A DNA stretch of 64,000 bases from Eledone cirrhosa (lineage: Eukaryota). This document shows positions 30,001 to 43,635 of this stretch, one piece after another. Each line of letters begins with the position of its first letter. Within the stretch, counting starts at the first letter, position 1. The notes beneath the pieces are model-generated. The model did not search any database. It had not been told where the DNA came from and was given only the letters and a program-made list of their open reading frames with translations. The stretch spans positions 5,518,001 to 5,582,000 of the forward strand of contig OZ024745.1 of the NCBI GenBank assembly GCA_964016885.1, read 5' to 3'. The position numbers were made by a program, and so were the translations under genes.

Positions 30001-33000
30001 CACTGGATGCCTCCTGTGTCTCAAGACATAGATACAACTGACCACGGTCATTTGAGCACTGGATGCCTCCTGTGTCTCAAGACATAGATACAACTGACCA
30101 TGGTCATTGGAGCACTGGCTGCCTCCTGTGTCTCAAGACATAGATACAACTGACCATGGTCATTGGAGCACTGGCTGCCTCCTGTGTCTCAAGACATAGA
30201 TACAACTGACCATGGTCATTGGAGCACTGGCTGCCTCCTGTGTCTCAAGATGTAGATACAACTGACCGTGGTCATAGGAGCACTGGCTGCCTCCTGTGTC
30301 TCAAGATGTAGATACAACTGACCATGGTCATTGGAGCACTGGCTGCCTCCCGTGTCTCAAGATGTAGATACAACTGACCGTGGTCATTGGAGCACTGGCT
30401 GCCTCCTGTGTCTCAAGATGTAGATACAACTGACCGTGGTCATTGGAGCACTGGCTGCCTCCTGGGTCTCAAGATGTAGATACAACTGACCATGGTCATT
30501 GGAGCACTGGCTGCCTCCTGTGTCTCAAGATGTAGATACAACTGACCATGGTCATTGGAGCACTGGCTGCCTCCCGTGTCTCAAGATGTAGATACAACTG
30601 ACCATGGTCATTGGAGCACTGGCTGCCTCCTGTGTCTCAAGATGTAGATACAACTGACCATGGTCATTGGAGCACTGGCTGCCTCCTGTGTCTCAAGATG
30701 TAGATACAACTGACCATGGTCATTGGAGCACTGGCTGCCTCCTGTGTCTCAAGATGTAGATACAACTGACCATGGTCATTGGAGCACTGGCTGCCTCCCG
30801 TGTCTCAAGATGTAGATACAACTGACCATGGTCATTGGAGCACTGGCTGCCTCCCGTGTCTCAAGATGTAGATACAACTGACCGTGGTCATTGGAGCACT
30901 GGCTGCCTCCTGTGTCTCAAGATGTAGATACAACTGACCATGGTCATTGGAGCACTGGCTGCCTCCTGTGTCTCAAGACGTAGATACAACTGACCGTGGT
31001 CATTGGAGCACTGGCTGCCTCCTGTGTCTCAAGATGTAGATACAACTGACCGTGGTCATTGGAGCACTGGCTGCCTCCTGTGTCTCAAGATGTAGATACA
31101 ACTGACCATGGTCATTGGTGCACTGGCTGCCTCCCGTGTCTCAAGATGTAGATACAACTGACCATGGTCATTGGAACACTGGCTGCCTCCTGTGTCTCAA
31201 GATGTAGATACAACTGACCATGGTCATTGGAGCACTGGCTGCCTCCTGTGTCTCAAGATGTAGATACAACTGACCGTGGTCATTGGAGCACTGGCTGCCT
31301 CCTGTGTCTCAAGATGTAGATACAACTGACCGTGGTCATTGGAGCACTGGCTGCATCCTGTGTCTCAAGATGTAGATACAACTGACCATGGTCATTGGAG
31401 CACTGGCTGCCTCCTGTGTCTCAAGATGTAGATACAACTGACCGTGGTCATTGGAGCACTGGCTGCCTCCTGTGTCTCAAGATGTAGATACAACTGACCA
31501 TGGTCATTGGAGCACTGGCTGCCTCCTGTGTCTCAAGATGTAGATACAACTGACCGTGGTCATTGGAGCACTGGCTGCCTCCTGTGTCTCAAGACATAGA
31601 TACAACAGACCGTGGTCATTGGAGCACTGGCTGCCTCCTCTGTCTCAAGACATAGATACAACTGACCATGGTCATTGGAGCACTGGCTGCCTCCTGTGTC
31701 TCAAGATGTAGATACAACTGACCGTGGTCATTGGAGCACTGGCTGCCTCCTGTGTCTCAAGATGTAGATACAACTGACCGTGGTCATTGGAGCACTGGCT
31801 GCCTCCTGTGTCTCAAGACATAGATACAACTGACCGTGGTCATTGGAGCACTGGCTGCCTCCTGTGTCTCAAGACGTAGATACAACTGACCGTGGTCATT
31901 GGAGCACTGGCTGCCTCCTGTGTCTCAAGATGTAGATACAACTGACCATGGTCATTGGAGCACTGGCTGCCTCCTGTGTCTCAAGATGTAGATACAACTG
32001 ACCGTGGTCATTGGAACACTGGCTGCCTCTTGTGTCTCAAGACGTAGATACAACTGACCGTGGTCATTGGAGCACTGGCTGCATCCTGTGTCTAAAGACA
32101 TAGATACAACTGACCATGGTCATTGGAGCACTGGCTGCCTCCTGTGTCTAAAGACATAGATACAACTGACCGTGGTCATTGGAGCACTGGCTGCATCCTG
32201 TGTCTAAAGACATAGATACAACTGACCGTGGTCATTGGAACACTGGATGCCTCCTGTGTCTCAAGACATAGATACAACTGACCATGGTCATTGGAGCACT
32301 GGCTGCCTCCTGTGTCTCAAGATGTAGATACAACTGACCATGGTCATTGGAGCACTGGCTGCCTCCCGTGTCTCAAGATGTAGATACAACTGACCGTGGT
32401 CATTGGAGCACTGGCTGCCTCCTGTGTCTCAAGATGTAGATACAACTGACCGTGGTCATTGGAGCACTGGCTGCCTCCTGTGTCTCAAGATGTAGATACA
32501 ACTGACCGTGGTCATTGGAGCACTGGCTGCCTCCTGTGTCTAAAGACATAGATACAACTGACCATGGTCATTGGAGCACTGGCTGCATCCTGTGTCTAAA
32601 GACATAGATACAACTGACCATGGTCATTGGAGCACTGGCTGCCTCCTGTGTCTCAAGATGTAGATACAACTGACCGTGGTCATTGGAGCACTGGCTGCAT
32701 CCTGTGTCTAAAGACATAGATACAACTGACCGTGGTCATTGGAGCACTGGCTGCATCCTGTGTCTAAAGACATAGATACAACTGACCGTGGTCATTGGAG
32801 CACTGGCTGCATCCTGTGTCTAAAGACATAGATACAACTAACCATGGTCATTGGAGCACTGGCTGCCTCCTGTGTCTCAAGACATAGATACAACTGACCA
32901 TGGTCATTGGAGCACTGGCTGCCTCCCGTGTCTCAAGATGTAGATACAACTGACCGTGGTCATTGGAGCACTGGCTGCCTCCTGTGTCTCAAGATGTAGA

Positions 33001-36000
33001 TACAACTGACCGTGGTCATTGGAGCACTGGCTGCCTCCTGTGTCTCAAGATGTAGATACAACTGACCGTGGTCATTGGAGCACTGGCTGCCTCCTGTGTC
33101 TAAAGACATAGATACAACTGACCATGGTCATTGGAGCACTGGCTGCCTCCTGTGTCTCAAGATGTAGATACAACTGACCGTGGTCATTGGAGCACTGGCT
33201 GCATCCTGTGTCTAAAGACATAGATACAACTGACCGTGGTCATTGGAGCACTGGCTGCATCCTGTGTCTAAAGACATAGATACAACTGACCGTGGTCATT
33301 GGAGCACTGGCTGCATCCTGTGTCTAAAGACATAGATACAACTGACCATGGTCATTGGAGCACTGGCTGCCTCCTGTGTCTCAAGACATAGATACAACTG
33401 ACCATGGTCATTGGAGCACTGGCTGCCTCCTGTGTCTCAAGATGTAGATACAACTGACCGTGGTCATTGGAGCACTGGCTGCCTCCTGTGTCTCAAGACA
33501 TAGATACAACTGACCATGGTCATTGGAGCACTGGCTGCCTCCTGTGTCTCAAGATGTAGATACAACTGACCATGGTCATTGGAGCACTGGCTGCCTCCTG
33601 TGTCTCAAGATGTAGATACAACTGACCGTGGTCATTGGAGCACTGGCTGCCTCCTGTGTCTCAAGACATAGATACAACTGACCGTGGTCATTGGAGCACT
33701 GGCTGCCTCCTGTGTCTCAAGATGTAGATACAACTGACCATGGTCATTGGAGCACTGGCTGCCTCCTGTGTCTCAAGATGTAGATACAACTGACCGTGGT
33801 CATTGGAGCACTGGCTGCCTCCTGTGTCTCAAGACATAGATACAACAGACCGTGGTCATTGGAGCACTGGCTGCCTCCTCTGTCTCAAGACATAGATACA
33901 ACTGACCATGGTCATTGGAGCACTGGCTGCCTCCTGTGTCTCAAGATGTAGATACAACTGACCGTGGTCATTGGAGCACTGGCTGCCTCCTGTGTCTCAA
34001 GATGTAGATACAACTGACCGTGGTCATTGGAGCACTGGCTGCCTCCTGTGTCTCAAGACATAGATACAACTGACCGTGGTCATTGGAGCACTGGCTGCCT
34101 CCTGTGTCTCAAGACGTAGATACAACTGACCGTGGTCATTGGAGCACTGGCTGCCTCCTGTGTCTCAAGATGTAGATACAACTGACCATGGTCATTGGAG
34201 CACTGGCTGCCTCCTGTGTCTCAAGATGTAGATACAACTGACCGTGGTCATTGGAACACTGGCTGCCTCTTGTGTCTCAAGACGTAGATAAAACTGACCG
34301 TGGTCATTGGAGCACTGGCTGCATCCTGTGTCTAAAGACATAGATACAACTGACCATGGTCATTGGAGCACTGGCTGCCTCCTGTGTCTAAAGACATAGA
34401 TACAACTGACCGTGGTCATTGGAGCACTGGCTGCATCCTGTGTCTAAAGACATATATACAACTGACCGTGGTCATTGGATCACTGGATGCCTCCTGTGTC
34501 TCAAGACATAGATACAACTGACCATGGTCATTGGAGCACTGGCTGCCTCCTGTGTCTCAAGATGTAGATACAACTGACCATGGTCATTGGAGCACTGGCT
34601 GCCTCCCGTGTCTCAAGATGTAGATACAACTGACCGTGGTCATTGGAGCACTGGCTGCCTCCTGTGTCTCAAGATGTAGATACAACTGACCGTGGTCATT
34701 GGAGCACTGGCTGCCTCCTGTGTCTCAAGATGTAGATACAACTGACCGTGGTCATTGGAGCACTGGCTGCCTCCTGTGTCTCAAGATGTAGATACAACTG
34801 ACCGTGGTCATTGGAGCACTGGCTGCCTCCTGTGTCTCAAGATGTAGATACAACTGACCGTGGTCATTGGAGCACTGGCTGCCTCCTGTGTCTCAAGATG
34901 TAGATACAACTGACCGTGGTCATTGGAGCACTGGCTGCCTCCTGTGTCTCAAGATGTAGATACAACTGACCATGGTCATTGGGGCACTGGCTGCCTCCTG
35001 TATCTCAAGATCTAGATACAACTGACCGTGGTCATTGGAGCACTGGCTGCCTCCTGTGTCTCAAGATGTAGATACAACTGACCGTGGTCATTGGAGCACT
35101 GGCTGCCTCCTGTGTCTCAAGACATAGATACAACTGACCATGGTCATTGGAGCACTGGCTGCCTCCTGTGTCTCAAGATGTAGATACAACTGACCGTGGT
35201 CATTGGAGCACTGGCTGCCTCCTGTGTCTCAAGACATAGATACAACTGACCATGGTCATTGGAGCACTGGCTGGCCTCCTGTGTCTCAAGATGTAGATAC
35301 AACTGACCATGGTCATTGGAGGACTGGCTGCCTCCTGTGTCTCAAGATGTAGATACAACTGACCGTGGTCATTGGAACACTGGCTACCTCCTGTGTCTCA
35401 AGATGTAGATACAACTGACCGTGGTCATTGGAGCACTGGCTGCCTCCTGTGTCTCAAGACATAGATACAACTGACCGTGGTCATTGGAGCACTGGCTGCA
35501 TCCTGTGTCTAAAGACATAGATACAACTGACCGTGGTCATTGGAGCACTGGCTGCATCCTGTGTCTAAAGACATAGATACAACTGACCGTGGTCATTGGA
35601 GCACTGGCTGCATCCTGTGTCTAAAGACATAGATACAACTGACCATGGTCATTGGAGCACTGGCTGCCTCCTGTGTCTCAAGATGTAGATACAACTGACC
35701 GTGGTCATTGGAGAACTGGCTGCATCCTGTGTCTAAAGACATAGATACAACTGACAGTGGTCATTGGAGCACTGGCTGCATCCTGTGTCTAAAGACATAG
35801 ATACAACTGACCGTGGTCATTGGAGCACTGGCTGCATCCTGTGTCTAAAGACATAGATACAACTGACCATGGTCATTGGAGCACTGGCTGCCTCCTGTGT
35901 CTCAAGACATAGATACAACTGACCATGGTCATTGGAGCACTGGCTGCCTCCTGTGTCTCAAGATGTAGATACAACTGACCGTGGTCATTGGAGCACTGGC

Positions 36001-39000
36001 TGCCTCCTGTGTCTCAAGATGTAGATACAACTGACCGTGGTCATTGGAGCACTGGCTGCCTCCTGTGTCTCAAGATGTAGATACAACTGACCGTGGTCAT
36101 TGGAGCACTGGCTGCCTCCTGTGTCTCAAGATGTAGATACAACTGACCGTGGTCATTGGAGCACTGGCTGCCTCCTGTGTCTCAAGATGTAGATACAACT
36201 GACCGTGGTCATTGGAGCACTGGCTGCCTCCTGTGTCTCAAGACATAGATACAACTGACCGTGGTCATTGGAGCACTGGCTGCCTCCTGTGTCTCAAGAC
36301 ATAGATACAACTGACCATGGTCATTGGAGCACTGGCTGCCTCCTGTGTATCAAGATGTAGATACAACTGACCGTGGTCATTGGAACACTGGCTGCGTCCT
36401 GTGTCTCAAGATGTAGATACAACTGACCGTGGTCATTGGAGCACTGGCTGCCCCCTGTGTCTAAAGACATAGATACAACTGACCGTGGTCATTGGAGCAC
36501 TGGCTGCATCCTGTGTCTAAAGACATAGATACAACTGACCGTGGTCATTGGAACACTGGCTGCCTCCTGTGTCTCAAGATGTAGATACATCTGACCATGG
36601 TCATTGGAGCACTGGCTGCCTCCTGTGTCTCAAGACATAGATACAACTGACCATGGTCATTGGAGCACTGGCTGCCTCCTGTGTCTCAAGATGTAGATAC
36701 AACTGACCGTGGTCATTGGAGCACTGGCTGCCTCCTGTGTCTCAAGATGTAGATACAACTGACCGTGGTCATTGGAGCACTGGCTGCCTCCTGTGTCTCA
36801 AGATGTAGATACAACTGACCGTGGTCATTGGAGCACTGGCTGCCTCCTGTGTCTCAAGATGTAGATACAACTGACCATGGTCATTGGAGCACTGGCTGCC
36901 TCCTGTGTCTCAAGACATAGATACAACTGACCATGGTCATTGGAGCACTGGCTGCCTCCTGTGTATCAAGATGTAGATACAACTGACCGTGGTCATTGGA
37001 ACACTGGCTGCGTCCTGTGTCTCAAGATGTAGATACAACTGACCGTGGTCATTGGAGCACTGGCTGCCCCCTGTGTCTCAAGACATAGATACAACTGACC
37101 GTGGTCATTGGAGCACTGGCTGCATCCTGTGTCTAAAGACATAGATACAACTGACCGTGGTCATTGGAGCACTGGCTGCATCCTGTGTCTAAAGACATAG
37201 ATACAACTGACCGTGGTCATTGGAACACTGGCTGCCTCCTGTGTCTCAAGATGTAGATACAACTGACCATGGTCATTGGAGCACTGGCTGCCTCCTGTGT
37301 CTCAAGATGTAGATACAACTGACCGTGGTCATTGGAGCACTGGCTGCCTCCTGTGTCTCAAGATGTAGATACAACTGACCGTGGTCATTGGAGCACTGGC
37401 TGCCTCCTGTGTCTCAAGATGTAGATACAACTGACCGTGGTCATTGGAGCACTGGCTGCCTCCTGTGTCTCAAGATGTAGATACAACTGACCGTGGTCAT
37501 TGGAGCACTGGCTGCCTCCTGTGTCTCAAGATGTAGATACAACTGACCGTGGTCATTGGAGCACTGGCTGCATCCTGTGTCTAAAGACATAGATACAACT
37601 GACCGTGGTCATTGGAGCACTGGCTGCCTCCTGTGTCTCAAGATGTAGATACAACTGACCGTGGTCATTGGAGCACTGGCTGCCTCCTGTGTCTCAAGAT
37701 GTAGATACAACTGACCGTGGTCATTGGAGCACTGGCTGCCTCCTGTGTCTCAAGATATAGATACAACTGACCGTGGTCATTGGAGCACTGGCTGCCTCCT
37801 GTGTCTCAAGATGTAGATACAACTGACCGTGGTCATTGGAGCACTGGCTGCATCCTGTGTCTAAAGACATAGATACAACTGACCGTGGTCATTGGAGCAC
37901 TGGCTGCCTCCTGTGTCTCAAGATGTAGATACAACTGACCGTGGTCATTGGAGCACTGGCTGCCTCCTGTGTCTCAAGATGTAGATACAACTGACCGTGG
38001 TCATTGGAGCACTGGCTGCCTCCTGTTTCTCAAGATGTAGATACAACTGACCGTGGTCATTGGAGCACTGGCTGCCTCCTGTGCCTCAAGATGTAGATAC
38101 AACTGACCGTGGTCATTGGAGCACTGGCTGCATCCTGTGTCTAAAGACATAGATACAACTGACCGTGGTCATTGGAGCACTGGCTGCCTTCTGTGTTTCA
38201 AGATGTAGATACGACTGACCGTGGTCATTGGAGCACTGGCTGCCTCCTGTGTCTCAAGATGTAGATACAACTGACCGTGGTCATTGGAGCACTGGCTGCA
38301 TCCTGTGTCTAAAGACATAGATACAACTGACCGTGGTCATTGGAGCACTGGCTGCCTCCTGTGTCTCAAGATGTAGATACAACTGACCGTCGTCATTGGA
38401 ACACTGGCTGCCTCCTGTGTCTCAAGATGTAGATACAACTGACCGTGGTCATTGGAGCACTGGCTGCCTCCTGTGTCTCAAGATGTAGATACAACTGACC
38501 GTGGTCATTGGAGCACTGGCTGCCTCCTGTGTCTCAAGACATAGATACAACTGACCATGGTCATTGGAGCCCTGGCTGCCTCCTGTGTCTCAAGATGTAG
38601 ATACAACTGACCGTGGTCATTGGAGCACTGGCTGCCTCCTGTGTCTCAAGATGTAGATACAACTGACCGTGGTCATTGGAGCACTGGCTGCATCCTGTGT
38701 CTAAAGACATAGATACAACTGACCGTGGTCATTGGAGCACTGGCTGCCTCCTGTGTCTCAAGATGTAGATACAACTGACCGTGGTCATTGGAGCACTGGC
38801 TGCATCCTGTGTCTAAAGACATAGATACAACTGACCGTGGTCATTGGAGCACTGGCTGCATCCTGTGTCTAAAGACATAGATACAACTGACCGTGGTCAT
38901 TGGAGCACTGGCTGCCTCCTGTGTCTCAAGATGTAGATACAACTGACCGTGGTCATTGGAGCACTGGCTGCCTCCTGTGTCTCAAGATGTAGATACAACT

Positions 39001-41983
39001 GACCGTGGTCATTAGGGCACTGGCTGCCTCCTGTATCTCAAGATCTAGATAAACTGACCGTGGTCATTGGAGCACTGGCTGCCTCCTGTGTCTCAAGATG
39101 TAGATACAACTGACCGTGGTCATTGGAGCACTGGCTGCCTCCTGTGTCTAAAGACATAGATACAACTGACCATGGTCATTGGAGCACTGGCTGCCTCCTG
39201 TATCTCAAGATCTAGATAAACTGACCGTGGTCATTGGAGCACTGGCTGCCTCCTGTGTCTCAAGATGTAGATACAACTGACCATGGTCATTGGAGCACTG
39301 GCTGCCTCCTGTGTCTCAAAATGTAGACACAACTGTCCATGGTCATTGGAGCACTGGCTGCCTCCTGTGTCTCAAGACGTAGATACAACTGACCGTGGTC
39401 ATTGGGGCACAGGCTGCCTGTTGTGTCTCAAGATGTAGATACAACTGACCGTGGTCATTGGAGCACTGGCTGCCTCCTGTGTCTCAAGATGTAGATACAA
39501 CTGACCGTGGTCATTGGAACACTGGCTGCCTCTTGTGTCTCAAGATGTAGATACAACTGACCGTGGTCATTGGAGCACTGGCTGCCTCCTGTGTCTCAAG
39601 ATGTAGATACAACTGACCGTGGTCATTGGAGCACTGGCTGCCTCCTGTGTCTCAAGATGTAGATACAACTGACCGTGGTCATTGGAGCACTGGCTGCATC
39701 CTGTGTCTAAAGACATAGATACAACTGACCGTGGTCATTGGAGCACTGGCTGCCTCCTGTGTTTCAAGATGTAGATACAACTGACCGTGGTCATTGGAGC
39801 ACTGGCTGCCTCCTGTGTCTCAAGATGTAGATACAACTGACCGTGGTCATTGGAACACTGGCTGCATCCTGTGTCTCAAGATGTAGATACAACTGACCGT
39901 GGTCATTGGAGCACTGGCTGCATCCTGTGTCTAAAGACATAGATACAACTGACCGTGGTCATTGGAGCACTGGCTGCCTCCTGTGTCTCAAGATGTAGAT
40001 ACAACTGACCGTGGTCATTGGAACACTGGCTGCCTCCTGTGTCTCAAGATGTAGATACAACTGACCGTGGTCATTGGAGCACTGGCTGCCTCCTGTGTCT
40101 CAAGATGTAGATACAACTGACCGTGGTCATTGGAGCACTGGCTGCCTCCTGTGTCTCAAGACATAGATACAACTGACCATGGTCATTGGAGCCCTGGCTG
40201 CCTCCTGTGTCTCAAGATGTAGATACAACTGACCATGGTCATTGGAGCACTGGCTGCCTCCTGTGTCTCAAGATGTAGATACAACTGACCGTGGTCATTG
40301 GAGCACTGGCTGCATCCTGTGTCTAAAGACATAGATACAACTGACCATGGTCATTGGAGCACTGGCTGCCTCCTGTGTCTCAAGATGTAGATACAACTGA
40401 CCGTGGTCATTGGAGCACTGGCTGCATCCTGTGTCTAAAGACATAGATACAACTGACCGTGGTTATTGGAGCACTGGCTGCCTCCTGTGTCTCAAGACGT
40501 AGATACAACTGACCGTGGTCATTGGAGCACTGGCTGCATCCTGTGTCTAAAGACATAGATACAACTGACCGTGGTCATTGGAGCACTGGCTGCATCCTGT
40601 GTCTAAAGACATAGATACAACTGACCGTGGTCATTGGAGCACTGGCTGCCTCCTGTGTCTCAAGATGTAGATACAACTGACCGTGGTCATTGGAGCACTG
40701 GCTGCCTCCTGTGTCTCAAGATGTAGATACAACTGACCGTGGTCATTGGAGCACTGGCTGCCTCCTGTGTCTCAAGATGTAGATACAACTGACCGTGGTC
40801 ATTAGGGCACTGGCTGCCTCCTGTATCTCAAGATCTAGATAAACTGACCGTGGTCATTGGAGCACTGGCTGCCTCCTGTGTCTCAAGATGTAGATACAAC
40901 TGACCGTGGTCATTGGAGCACTGGCTGCCTCCTGTGTCTCAAGACATAGATACAACTGACCGTGGTCATTGGAGCACTGGCTGCATCCTGTGTCTAAAGA
41001 CATAGATACAACTGACCGTGGTCATTGGAGCACTGGCTGCATCCTGTGTCTAAAGACATAGATACAACTGACCGTGGTCATTGGAGCACTGGCTGCCTCC
41101 TGTGTCTCAAGACATAGATACAACTGACCGTGGTCATTGGAGCACTGGCTGCATCCTGTGTCTAAAGACATAGATACAACTGACCGTGGTCATTGGAGCA
41201 CTGGCTGCATCCTGTGTCTAAAGACATAGATACAACTGACCGTGGTCATTGGAGCACTGGCTGCCTCCTGTGTCTCAAGACATAGATACAACTGACCGTG
41301 GTCATTGGAGCACTGGCTGCATCCTGTGTCTAAAGACATAGATACAACTGACCGTGGTCATTGGAGCACTGGCTGCATCCTGTGTCTAAAGACATAGATA
41401 CAACTGACCGTGGTCATTGGAGCACTGGCTGCCTCCTGTGTCTAAAGACATAGATACAACTGACCGTGGTCATTGGAGCACTGGCTGCCTCCTGTGTCTC
41501 AAGATGTAGATACAACTGACCATGGTCATTGGAGCACTGGCTGCCTCCTGTATCTCAAGATCTAGATAAACTGACCGTGGTCATTGGAGCACTGGCTGCC
41601 TCCTGTGTCTCAAGATGTAGATACAACTGACCATGGTCATTGGAGCACTGGCTGCCTCCTGTGTCTCAAAATGTAGACACAACTGACCATGGTCATTGGA
41701 ACACTGGCTGCCTCCTGTGTCTCAAGACGTAGATACAACTGACCGTGGTCATTGGGGCACAGGCTGCCTGTTGTGTCTCAAGATGTAGATACAACTGACC
41801 GTGGTCATTGGAGCACTGGCTGCCTCCTGTGTGTCAAGATGTAGATACAACTGACCATGGTCATTGGAGCACTGGCTGCCTCCTGTGTGTCAAGATGTAG
41901 ATACAACTGACCGTGGTCATTGGAGCACTGGCTGCCTCCTGTGTGTCAAGATGTAGATACAACTGACCATGGTCATTGGAGCA
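1..41983. repeat. 56-bp tandem satellite array (~750 copies; runs off the left edge)
   Basis: Consensus TGTGTCTCAAGATGTAGATACAACTGACCRTGGTCATTGGAGCACTGGCTGCCTCC recurs every 56 nt (1, 57, 113...) with few substitutions and rare small indels; ends abruptly at ~41983. Confidence 0.99.
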
Positions 41984-42647
41984 GTCTATAGTCAGTATTA
42001 AACTCTCTAGTCAGTATTATACTCTCTAGTCAGTATTATACTCTCTAGTCAGTATAACACTCTCTAGTCAGTATAACACTCTCTAGTCAGTATAACACTC
42101 TAGTCAGTATTACACTCTCTAGTCAGTATAACACTCTCCAGTCAGTATTACACTCTGTAGTCAGTATAACACTCTCTAGTCAGTATAACACTCTAGTCAG
42201 TATTACACTCTCTAGTCAGTATAACACTCTCCAGTCAGTATTACACTCTGTAGTCAGTATAACACTCTCTAGTCAGTATTACACTCTCTAGTCAGTATTA
42301 CACTCTCTAGTCAGTATAACACTCTCTAGTCAGTATTACACTCTCTAGTCAGTATTACACTCTCTAGTCAGTATTACACTCTCTAGTCAGTATAACACTC
42401 TCTAGTCAGTATAACACTCCCTAGTCAGTATTACACTCTCTAGTCAGTATTACACTCTCTAGTCAGTATTACACTCTCTAGTCAGTATAACACTCTCTAG
42501 TCAGTATAACACTCTCTAGTCAGTATAACAGTCTCTAGTCAGTATTACACTCTCTAGTCAGTATTATACTCTCTAGTCAGTATTACACTCTCTAGTCAGT
42601 ATTATACTCTCTAGTCAGTATTATACTCTCTAGTCAGTATTATACTC
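41984..42647. repeat. 19-bp minisatellite (CTCTCTAGTCAGTATWACA)n, ~35 copies
   Basis: Period 19 (CTCTCTAGTC at 42003, 42022, 42041...), occasional 17-bp units; directly abuts the 56-bp array. Confidence 0.97.
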
Positions 42648-42994
42648 GCTACTAAAAGAAATGTTGTTTAACAGACTTTATGATATTAATGAAAATATAA
42701 AAATTTATTAAGAAATTGATTATAAGAGAAAATTTAATTTAAAAATATAATAGTTGAAGATTATCTAAATGGAAAGATATAGGAAAATGTGAAGACTGTG
42801 AAGGGAAATGTGAAGAATGCGAAAGAAAATGTGAAGAATATGAAGGAGAACGTGAAGGAAAATGTCAGATTGCTGAAGTGAAGAAATACGTGGAGTGTCT
42901 TGAAACGATAAAGTAAGAGATTGACTGAAATCTGAAGACTTTTTCACGTCTTTGCATCAACAAAACAATTTTGTTGTACATTTATTTACTGATT

Positions 42995-43135
42995 CCTGGA
43001 TTAGCAGAATTGGTAGAGCATCGGATTAAATGCTGTTGTTGTAGCTGTTCTGGTTGTTTACATTCTGAGTTCAAATCCTGCCTTTCATTCTTCTGGGATC
43101 AATAAAGTACCAGTGACGTACTGAGATTGACTTAA
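42995..43135 (+). mobile_element. Degenerate tRNA-derived SINE (same family as 44730 and 46565 copies)
   Basis: A-box-like GCAGAATTGGTAGAGCA, B-box GAGTTCAAATCC, then CCTTTCATTCTTCTGGGATCAATAAAGTACCAG shared with other copies; a further partial copy at ~43215-43330. Confidence 0.7.
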
Positions 43136-43514
43136 GGAACTTTCTCTTTCACCCCAAAGTGTTGCAACTGGTAGATAGAATCAACAATGGAAAGACCAAT
43201 GGAAACATTGTTTCTTGATCCTTCTGGGATTGATAAAGAACCAGTCCAGTACTGGGATTGATTTAATCAACTTTGCCCTCACCCCCCACACACATTCCAC
43301 AGTTTTCTAGCCTTATATCTAAATTAGAAATAATTTATTTACTGATAATTTAGAAGAAGTGTCCTTGCCAGGGTCACAATACAGCACTTGTGACATAGCA
43401 AAAACTGTTAACATGCCAGCTAATCAAAGGACACCATATCATTTAAGTCACCTACAACTCTCAAATATATATTCATTCCATTTACATGTACACACTTATA
43501 TAAACTTGACAAGA

Positions 43515-43635
43515 CATCATCATCTTCATCATCATTGTCATCATCTTTACATTGATTTTTCCATACTGGCATGGGTTGGATGGGACTTTTTGAGGCAATG
43601 TTTTACAGCCAGGTGCCATTTCTCACACTAACTCT
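43515..43635 (-). mobile_element. SINE 3' tail fragment with (ATG)n end
   Basis: (CAT)n followed by TTTTCCATACTGGCATGGGT and TACAGCCAGGTGCCATT, reverse-complementary to the tail modules at 45820-45920 and 49615-49750. Confidence 0.55.

Noticed and set aside
1-41983. CRISPR-like array or repeat-protein gene (ORFs at 7769, 10788, 10791)
   Set aside because: No unique spacers and no cas genes; 56 is not a multiple of 3, and the short ORFs arise only where indels skip stops.
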